64,000 nucleotides of DNA from Marmoricola sp. (GTDB taxonomy: Bacteria > Actinomycetota > Actinomycetes > Propionibacteriales > Nocardioidaceae), in assembly GCA_044224695.1 (NCBI GenBank), contig JBGAJX010000004.1, forward strand, positions 24,588 through 88,587, in the 5' to 3' direction. A program made the position numbers and the translations under genes. Each line of letters begins with the position of its first letter. The stretch's first letter is position 1. Shown here in pieces: positions 54,959 through 61,824 of the stretch. The notes beneath the pieces are model-generated. The model did no database searches, was not told the DNA's origin, and saw only the letters and a list, made by a program, of their open reading frames with translations.

Positions 54959-55618
54959 ATGACGTCTGCGCAGCTGACCGGCCAGGAGATCTCCGACGGG
55001 TTGCCCGAGGGGTGGGTGTATATCGGTGGCTGGGTCCAGACCCGGCTGCGGACACGGAACTTCGTCTCCGGTCTCGCCCTGCTCAACCAGATCGGCGCCG
55101 CCGCGGAGGAGGCGAACCATCACCCTGATCTCGACCTGCGCTACGGCCGCATCGATGTGCGGATGACCAGCCACGACGTGGGTGGGGTGACCTCGCGTGA
55201 TCTTGCTCTGGCGGCGCGGATCAGCGAACTCGCCGCAGCGGCCGGGGTGGAGGTCGATGGCGCCGGCCTGTCCGTGCTCGAGCTGGCCCTGGACACTCCC
55301 GAGCACGCCGCGATCAAGCCCTTCTGGGCCGCCGTACTCGGGCTGGGGGAGGAGGCCGGGCAGGATCCGGGCGACGAACTGCGCGACCGGAACGAGGTGC
55401 TTCCGCCGCTGTGGTTCCAGGGCTCGGGCACTGAGGAGCCGCGCCAGCGCTGGCACCCCGACGTCTGGGTCAGCCCGGCGGAGGTGGGGGGCCGGCTCGA
55501 AGCGGCGCTCGCCGCGGGCGGTTCGCTGGTCTCCGACGGGGCGGCACCGAGTTTCTGGGTGCTCGCGGACCCCGACGGCAACCGGATGTGCCTGTGCACC
55601 TGGCAGGAGCGCGGCTGA
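54959..55618 (+). CDS. Fusion of 4a-hydroxytetrahydrobiopterin dehydratase (PCD/DCoH) with a VOC/glyoxalase-like domain
   Basis: The N-terminal 95 aa carry EEANHHPDLDLRYGRIDVRMTSHD (PCD signature). The C-terminal 120 aa (FWAAVLG...RWHPDVWV...FWVLADPDGNRMCLCTW) look like a VOC-fold domain. The start is ATG 54959, or GTG 54920. Confidence 0.72.
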   Translation: MTSAQLTGQEISDGLPEGWVYIGGWVQTRLRTRNFVSGLALLNQIGAAAEEANHHPDLDLRYGRIDVRMTSHDVGGVTSRDLALAARISELAAAAGVEVDGAGLSVLELALDTPEHAAIKPFWAAVLGLGEEAGQDPGDELRDRNEVLPPLWFQGSGTEEPRQRWHPDVWVSPAEVGGRLEAALAAGGSLVSDGAAPSFWVLADPDGNRMCLCTWQERG

Positions 55619-55638
55619 CAACGGTCAGGGACGGTACG

Positions 55639-57705
55639 TCAGGGGGCGACGGGCACGGGAGCCGAGTGCCCCGCTCGGTCCCCGGTGTCCTGGCCGGGGT
55701 GGCCGGCAGGAAGCGGCAGGGAGAGGGTGAAGACCGAACCCGGTCCGTCGGTCCGGCCCCGCGCCACGAGTGTTCCCCCGTGACGTTCGACGATCCGACG
55801 GCACAGCGCCAGGCCGAGTCCGGTGCCGTCGGCATGCTCGGGGTGGGCCCGGACGTACTCGGTGAAGATCGCCTCGTGCAACCCGTCGGGAATGCCGATC
55901 CCGCGGTCGGCCACCTCGATGATCGCCTGGTCGCCGTCGACGCGTCCGGCGATCTCGATCCGGGGCGTCTCGCCGTCCCCGACGTACGTCGTGGCGTTCG
56001 CGATCAGGTTGGCGAACACCTGCTGCAGCAGGACGCGGTCGCCCCAGACGGTGGGGAGACCACGCATCACCAGCGTCCCGGCCGAGACGTGCCCGAGATC
56101 GGCGACCACCTCGGCCAGGTCGACCGCCGCGGGGACCATCGAGCGATCCCGGTCGGTTGCCTTCGCCAGCAGTTCCTCGACCAGCGTGCGCATCCGGTCC
56201 GCGCCGGTGTGGATGCGGCCCAGGGCGTCCAGTTGGGCCGCCCGCTGGGGGGTGCTGAGCGGGGCGGCCTCGATCATCTCGCCGAGTTCCTCCGACCACC
56301 CGGTGAGCACCGTCAGGGGCGAGCGCAGGTCGTGGGCGGCCACCTTGGCGAAAGCCGCGAGCTGCTCCTCGCGTTCGCGTTCGCGGGTCACGTCGTGGAA
56401 GACGACCACTGCCCCCACCGTGCGCCCCTGCTCGTCGGTCAGCGGGGTGCCGGAGGTGGACCACAGGTCGCCGTGAGGATCGGCACTGAGCCGGAGGTCG
56501 CGCGGCGCCGCGACCTCGCCGTGGAGCGCGCGGACGGAGGGACGCTCGCCGTAGGGGACCTCGGTGCCGTCGGCGGCGTACAGGGAGAACACCGTGGACT
56601 GCTGTTGCAGCAGGTCGTGGCCCAGGGCCCCGAGTGCCCGCTCCGCAGCCCGGTTCACCAGGCTGATGCGGTGATCGGCGTCGACGACGACGACGCCGTC
56701 GTTGAGCGAACGGATCACCGTGGCGAGGACGGTGGCCTGGGCGGCGGACTCACGCTCGGATGCCGCGAGCTGTCCCTGGAGGAAGAGGCTCTCGGTGCGT
56801 GTCGCGGCGAGGAAGAGGCCGAGCATCACGGTCATCCCGACGAAGACCTGCGCCAGCAGGGCCTGGCGGTAGAGCGAGTCCACGTCGATGAACGGTCCGT
56901 GCCCCAGCAGGGTCACCGCGATGAAGGCGGACCCTCCGACGAGGGCATGGGTGGCCACCACGAGCGAGCCGAAGCGGAGCCCCGCCCACGCGGTCAGGGC
57001 CGGCAGCAGGAAGCTCACCGGCAGGTCCGCGACGACGTAGTCCAGCAGGAAGATCGCCAAGGTGAGCGCGCTCAGGGCCAGCAGTTCGAGGTGGCGCCCC
57101 GCGGGCACCTCGGGGGTCCGGGGACGTCCCGCGCGCTGCTGCCGGACCACGTCCACGAGCAGGAGTCCGAAGCTGGCGACACCCAGCACTCCGGCCACGT
57201 TGCGGCCCCACCACACCAAGGTGGAGTCCCAGCTGAAGAACCCGTCCGCCAGCCACAGCCCCGTGGCGCCGCAGGCGACCCCGGCCAGGCAGCCGAGGGA
57301 CGCGGCCAGCAGGAAACGCGCCAGATCGCCGGCGGAGGACAGGGGATGGCTCTTGGTGGCGGAGTCGGGTGAGGTGGGGGCCAGGCCCCAGCGTCGTGCG
57401 AAGGCCACGACGATCCCGACTTGGACGAGGTTGGCCACCATGAAGACCAGGGCCATCGCCGTCGAGGAGCCGGTGACGCGGTTCACCAGGAGGCTGGCGA
57501 GGGCGAGGATGGCGGCGTTGACCAGGTCGCTGCGCCGCCCGGGCTGATGCAGGAACCAGACGACCGCGACGCCCGCCGCGGGCCACACGAGCGAGAGGGC
57601 GTGGCCGTCGACGATGGTGGCCCGTCCGAGGAATCCGGCCGCGACGAAGAGGGCCGCATAGGCCGCGCGCCACGCCAGGTCCCTGACCATCGCTCCCACT
57701 TCCAT
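55639..57705 (-). CDS. Sensor histidine kinase (MASE1-like membrane domain + PAS + HisKA + HATPase_c)
   Basis: 688 aa with LSLVWPAAGVAVVWFL in an 8-TM N-terminal domain, a PAS segment, the H-box AAHDLRSPLTVL, and the DRGIGIP and GTGLGLALC G boxes. Confidence 0.9.
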   Translation of the reverse strand: MEVGAMVRDLAWRAAYAALFVAAGFLGRATIVDGHALSLVWPAAGVAVVWFLHQPGRRSDLVNAAILALASLLVNRVTGSSTAMALVFMVANLVQVGIVVAFARRWGLAPTSPDSATKSHPLSSAGDLARFLLAASLGCLAGVACGATGLWLADGFFSWDSTLVWWGRNVAGVLGVASFGLLLVDVVRQQRAGRPRTPEVPAGRHLELLALSALTLAIFLLDYVVADLPVSFLLPALTAWAGLRFGSLVVATHALVGGSAFIAVTLLGHGPFIDVDSLYRQALLAQVFVGMTVMLGLFLAATRTESLFLQGQLAASERESAAQATVLATVIRSLNDGVVVVDADHRISLVNRAAERALGALGHDLLQQQSTVFSLYAADGTEVPYGERPSVRALHGEVAAPRDLRLSADPHGDLWSTSGTPLTDEQGRTVGAVVVFHDVTREREREEQLAAFAKVAAHDLRSPLTVLTGWSEELGEMIEAAPLSTPQRAAQLDALGRIHTGADRMRTLVEELLAKATDRDRSMVPAAVDLAEVVADLGHVSAGTLVMRGLPTVWGDRVLLQQVFANLIANATTYVGDGETPRIEIAGRVDGDQAIIEVADRGIGIPDGLHEAIFTEYVRAHPEHADGTGLGLALCRRIVERHGGTLVARGRTDGPGSVFTLSLPLPAGHPGQDTGDRAGHSAPVPVAP

Positions 57706-57782
57706 CAGGCCCCGAATCCGCCCAGCCTAGAGAGCGACAGGGCTCCGGGGAGCGGAATCGCGGGATCCGTTCCGGCGGGTGA

Positions 57783-58139
57783 TCAGCCGAAGATCACCCA
57801 GGCGCCGATCGCCGCGGGCAGCAGGCCGAGCGCCAGCCACGGGCTCAGCGGTCGGCGCCCGTGGATGAGCAGGCCGGCGACGATGCCGAGCATCCCGAAC
57901 AGGGCGGAGACGACCAGGAGCCCGATCTGGTTGGGAGTGCGGTCGTTGACGTAGGCCGCCAGGACCACCCCGCCGGCCAGGTGGAACACGGTGGACACCG
58001 CCAGGGTGGACATCACCCATTTCTGCACCTGGCTGAGCGACATCGGCTCCCGGGCGGAGCGGACGGCGTTGTTCGCCGGGTTGGTCGGGTCCATGAGGTG
58101 GCGGGGGCGCTTGCGGGGGGACGTCGTCTCAGCGCTCAT
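57783..58139 (-). CDS. Small membrane protein (3 TM), unknown function
   Basis: 118 aa from ATG 58139 (MSAETTSPRKRPRHL...). The longer track ORF extends through the divergent promoter region. Confidence 0.65.
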   Translation of the reverse strand: MSAETTSPRKRPRHLMDPTNPANNAVRSAREPMSLSQVQKWVMSTLAVSTVFHLAGGVVLAAYVNDRTPNQIGLLVVSALFGMLGIVAGLLIHGRRPLSPWLALGLLPAAIGAWVIFG

Positions 58140-58191
58140 CAAGGACCTCTCGTTCGCCCGTGGGATATGCGTGGTGGGGCAATGGTTAGTG

Positions 58192-58206
58192 TACCAATGA
58201 TTGGTA
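58192..58206. promoter_or_regulatory. Candidate MarR/OhrR operator TACCAAT-g-ATTGGTA
   Basis: A perfect 7-bp-arm palindrome in the AT-richer 78-bp divergent region, ending 11 nt before the MarR gene ATG. Confidence 0.5.
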
Positions 58207-58217
58207 GACTCTCCTTT

Positions 58218-58685
58218 ATGAGCGACGTCACGCTGTCGGAGAACCCCCTGGCCCTCGAGGAGCAGGTGTGTTTCGCCCTGTCGGTGGCAGCGCGGTCGGT
58301 GGTGGCGGTCTACCGTCCCGTGCTGGAGCCGCTGGGGCTCACCCATCCGCAGTATCTGGTGATGCTCGCGCTGTGGCAGCACGAGCCGGTCTCGGTGAAG
58401 CGGCTGAGCGACCTCCTCCACCTCGACCCGGGCACGCTCTCGCCACTGGTCAAGCGGCTCGAGTCGGCGGGGTTGCTGCGTCGTGCGCGCGACGCGCACG
58501 ACGAGCGTTCACTGGCCATCGTGCTCACCGACGAGGGGCGCGCCCTGCGCGAGCGGGCGCTGGACGTGCCGCCCACGATCGTCGGGCGGCTCGGTATGGA
58601 CGTCGAGGAACTGCAGCAGGTGCACGGTCTGCTGACGCGCGTGATCCGACAGGCCGAGACGGCGCTGAAGGAGTCGGCCCCGTAA
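58218..58685 (+). CDS. MarR family transcriptional regulator, OhrR-like
   Basis: 155 aa with an N-terminal reactive-Cys context LEEQVCFALSVA and the winged helix THPQYLVMLALW...VKRLSDLLHLDPGTLSPLVKRLESAGLL. Confidence 0.85.
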   Translation: MSDVTLSENPLALEEQVCFALSVAARSVVAVYRPVLEPLGLTHPQYLVMLALWQHEPVSVKRLSDLLHLDPGTLSPLVKRLESAGLLRRARDAHDERSLAIVLTDEGRALRERALDVPPTIVGRLGMDVEELQQVHGLLTRVIRQAETALKESAP

Positions 58686-58715
58686 CAGCCCGGACCGGAG
58701 TGGACGATCAGGTCC

Positions 58716-58925
58716 TCAGGACCGGCGCGGCCGCCAGATCCAGATGAGGCCGATCGCCCACAGAGCCAGGAGCAGCGAGAGCTCGACGGTACCGATCCCG
58801 ACGCCACCGCCCAGCATCATCAGGACCGTCAGGAGCAGCAGGGGCACGGCGAAGAGCAGCACCGTCGACCCGACCTTGTGGCCGATCGTCGGTCGCCGTC
58901 GCTCGATCTCACTCATGACGGGCAT
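58716..58925 (-). CDS. Small membrane protein (69 aa, 2 TM)
   Basis: MPVMSEIERRRPTIGHKVGSTVLLFAVPLLLL... starts 11 nt after the WS/DGAT stop. The upstream part of the track ORF is an out-of-frame shadow. Confidence 0.55.
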   Translation of the reverse strand: MPVMSEIERRRPTIGHKVGSTVLLFAVPLLLLTVLMMLGGGVGIGTVELSLLLALWAIGLIWIWRPRRS

Positions 58926-58936
58926 GGTGCCATGCC

Positions 58937-60364
58937 TCAACGCACCCGGACAGCACCGCCCGAGGCACCGCCCAGGGCGAGCACCTCGGCGAAGCCGGCC
59001 TCCACGCAGGTGGCGAAGAGATCGGTGTCGGTGACGGCCGCGGCGTCGTGGTTCAGCCCCAGACAGGCGGTCGACCCGTGGGTGAGCATCGTCGCCATCA
59101 CCGCGCATCCCGGCAGGGGTCCGAAGGGATACATCCGCTCGACCTTGGCCCCGGCGACGTAGACGTCGAAGGGGATGCCGGGGACATTGCTGGCCTGGAG
59201 GTCGTTGCGGGCGGTGGTGCCGCTGAACATCGACAGCGCCTGGGCGGGAAGCCACGCCAGGGCCGGTCCCAGCGTGTTGAAGATGTCCACCGCCGGTTCG
59301 TGGCGCGCCTGCCGCACCTGCTCGCGCACGGTCAGCACCCGCTCGAACGGGTCCTCGATGTCGATCGGTCCGGCCAGACGGCCCACCGCGATCCGGTTCC
59401 CTCCGGCGGGATCGTCGGGCAGCCGCACCGAGATCGGGATCGCTACCGGGATCGGGGCCACCGGCTGGCCGAGCTTCTCGTGGTAGAGGCGGAACGCGCC
59501 GAGCAGCCCGGCCAGATATGCGTCGTTGACCGATGCGCGGGCCGCCTTCGCCGCGGCGCGCAGCTCGGCGAACTCCACGTCGTACGCCGTGAAGCGCCAC
59601 GAACTGCTCCGCCCGGCCAGCAGCGGCGACCCCGCCGGCCCGATCGCGCCGGCCACCCGTGGCACCGAACGCCCGTAGCGCAGCGTGCTCCGCAACGCCT
59701 GCCGGGGGTGGATGAGAGAACGCACCGCACGCGCGGTCGTGTCCACGCGACCGGGCAGGCGACGTACCTCCTCGGCTCCCTGGCGGCGCAGCACGTCGAT
59801 CGCGGTGCGCCCCTCGGGCTCCGGGGGCGGCGGCTGCGGCTTGCTCAGATCAGGTTCGCGGGTGCGCGAGTGCAACTGGGCAAGGCCCTGGATCGCGCCG
59901 AGCCCGTCGGTCATCGCGTGGTGCGCCTTGAGGAAGTACGCCGTGCGCCCCTCCGGCAGCCCCTCCACGAAGTAGCCCTCCCACGGGGGCCGCGCCGGGT
60001 CGAGCGGCGTCATCGCCAACTGCTCGCAGGTGGTGAGCAGTTCGGCGTACGAGCCGTCGCCGCCGAGGCGGACGCGGCGCAGGTGGTAGTGCAGGTCGAA
60101 GTCGGGGTCCACCGACCACGAGGGCGTGCCGGTGCCGAAGGGGGAGTCCACCACGCGCTGCCGGAAGCGCGGGGCCATCCGGCTGCCCCACTCGTGCGCG
60201 GCGACCAGCCGCTCCCAGTCCGGGGCGGTGTCCCAGATCTCCAGCATGCAGATCGTGCCGCGCAGGCGCCGGTCCCGTTCGCCGCGCCACATGACGGCGT
60301 CCACCGGCGACATCGCCGGTTCGTTGGCCCAATCCAGGGGCCGGTCGGTCGGCTGGTCGGTCAT
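58937..60364 (-). CDS. Wax ester synthase / acyl-CoA:diacylglycerol acyltransferase (WS/DGAT)
   Basis: Active-site motif HHAMTDG (HHxxxDG). 475 aa from ATG 60364, which overlaps the stop of the upstream gene (ATGA). Confidence 0.9.
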   Translation of the reverse strand: MTDQPTDRPLDWANEPAMSPVDAVMWRGERDRRLRGTICMLEIWDTAPDWERLVAAHEWGSRMAPRFRQRVVDSPFGTGTPSWSVDPDFDLHYHLRRVRLGGDGSYAELLTTCEQLAMTPLDPARPPWEGYFVEGLPEGRTAYFLKAHHAMTDGLGAIQGLAQLHSRTREPDLSKPQPPPPEPEGRTAIDVLRRQGAEEVRRLPGRVDTTARAVRSLIHPRQALRSTLRYGRSVPRVAGAIGPAGSPLLAGRSSSWRFTAYDVEFAELRAAAKAARASVNDAYLAGLLGAFRLYHEKLGQPVAPIPVAIPISVRLPDDPAGGNRIAVGRLAGPIDIEDPFERVLTVREQVRQARHEPAVDIFNTLGPALAWLPAQALSMFSGTTARNDLQASNVPGIPFDVYVAGAKVERMYPFGPLPGCAVMATMLTHGSTACLGLNHDAAAVTDTDLFATCVEAGFAEVLALGGASGGAVRVR

Positions 60365-61824
60365 CCCTGCACCTCCGGTTCGAAGGAGGCGGCCGGCCAG
60401 TCCGCCAACGTGGTCAGGAACATCTGCCGCACCTCCTCGACGTGCTGGTCCACGGTCTCGGCGGTCCACGTCGAGGTGTCGACCGCGGGTAGCACCTTCA
60501 CCTCGACGGTGCCCGGCTTGATCAACTGCGCACCGCGCCACATCAGTTCGCCGGTGTTGCGCAGCACGATCGGGACGATCGGGACGCCCGCCTGCATCGC
60601 GATGTGGAACGCGCCCTTCTTGAAGGGGCCGAGTCGCGGGGTGGAGGACCGGGTGCCCTCGGGGGCCACCACCAGCGAGACGCCGTCCTCACGGAGCGCG
60701 CGCACCGCGGGCTCCAACTGCTCACGTGCCTTGGCCGAGTTCGCCCGGTCGATGAACACCATCCCGGCCTGGTCGAAGATCTGGCCGATCACGGGGACGG
60801 TGCGGACCTCCTTCTTCGCGATGCCGGTGAAGTCGTGCTCCAGCAGGCGGATGATCACCGGAGCGTCCAGCTTCGACTGGTGGTTGAAGACGAAGACGCA
60901 CGGCCGGTGCGCCTCCAGGTGCTCCTCGCCGTCCAGCACCGACACCCGCACACCGGCCAGCGTCATCCCGAGCGCGTTGCCGGTCGGCAGGGCCTCCTTG
61001 ATGAGGAAGCCAGGGTCACGACGCAGGGCGCTGCCGACCAGCCCGATGCCCGCCGAGGCCACGAACGTCCCGTAGAAGGCGGCCGTCCGGGCGAGCATCG
61101 CGCCGCGGTGGTAGGTCGGGTTCGTCAGGTCGAGGATGGGCCACCCGCGCTCCTCGGCCACGGCCCGGAGCCCGGGCCGCGGAGAGACCGCCGCCGGGTG
61201 ACCGACCGCCTCCAGGTAGGGCACGTCCTCGCTGCCGTCGGAGTAGGCGAACGAGGCGTCGAGGTCGATCTCGTGCTCGCGAGCCAGCGCCCGCACCGCG
61301 GCCGCCTTGCCCGGACCCCACAACGGCCGCCCGAGGACCCGGCCGGTCAGCACTCCGTCGACGACCTCGACCTCGGTGCAGAGCGCGTGGTCGGCCTCGA
61401 TCTCCCGGGCGATCGGGTCGATCTGGAAGCGCGTCGCGCTCGAGGCGATCACGATCCGGTGGCCGCGCTCGCGGTGGGCGCGCAGCAGCTGCCACATCTG
61501 CGGCCGCAGCAGGGCCGAGGTCTCGTGCTTGAAGAGCCGCTCGCCGATGGCCAGCATCTCGGCGTAGGTCTGGCCGGCCAACGCGGGTCGAGTGACCTCC
61601 AGGACGGCCGCGTAGTCCTGCTCGTTCTCCACGCCGCGCAACGCGATCAGCATGCTCTGCAGGAACTCGGCGGGCCCGATGTCGAGGCGGCGCAGCCGGT
61701 CGCGGTAGATGGCCGAGACCGAGAAGCCCTCGATCAGGGTGCCGTCGTAGTCGAAGCAGGCGGCGACCTTCTTGCCCGTCGGGGCGTTGCGGATCGCAGC
61801 GAGCCGGTCGGCGAAAGCGGTCAT
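60361..61824 (-). CDS. plsC: Bifunctional HAD-IB phosphatase-like / 1-acyl-sn-glycerol-3-phosphate acyltransferase (PlsC-type)
   Basis: The N-terminus has the HAD motif I ACFDYDGTLIE. The C-terminus has LPLAT motifs FNHQSKLD (HX4D) and VAPEGTRS. 487 aa, with an ATGA overlap with plsB. Confidence 0.88.
   Translation of the reverse strand: MTAFADRLAAIRNAPTGKKVAACFDYDGTLIEGFSVSAIYRDRLRRLDIGPAEFLQSMLIALRGVENEQDYAAVLEVTRPALAGQTYAEMLAIGERLFKHETSALLRPQMWQLLRAHRERGHRIVIASSATRFQIDPIAREIEADHALCTEVEVVDGVLTGRVLGRPLWGPGKAAAVRALAREHEIDLDASFAYSDGSEDVPYLEAVGHPAAVSPRPGLRAVAEERGWPILDLTNPTYHRGAMLARTAAFYGTFVASAGIGLVGSALRRDPGFLIKEALPTGNALGMTLAGVRVSVLDGEEHLEAHRPCVFVFNHQSKLDAPVIIRLLEHDFTGIAKKEVRTVPVIGQIFDQAGMVFIDRANSAKAREQLEPAVRALREDGVSLVVAPEGTRSSTPRLGPFKKGAFHIAMQAGVPIVPIVLRNTGELMWRGAQLIKPGTVEVKVLPAVDTSTWTAETVDQHVEEVRQMFLTTLADWPAASFEPEVQG

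Noticed and set aside
58937-60541. 534-aa version of the WS/DGAT ORF, and the 294-aa ORF 58716..59600
   Set aside because: The 59-codon N-terminal extension of WS/DGAT overlaps the upstream plsC-type gene and is Arg/Gly-rich; ATG 60364 gives the classic ATGA coupling. ORF 58716..59600 is out of frame inside WS/DGAT except for its last 69 codons.
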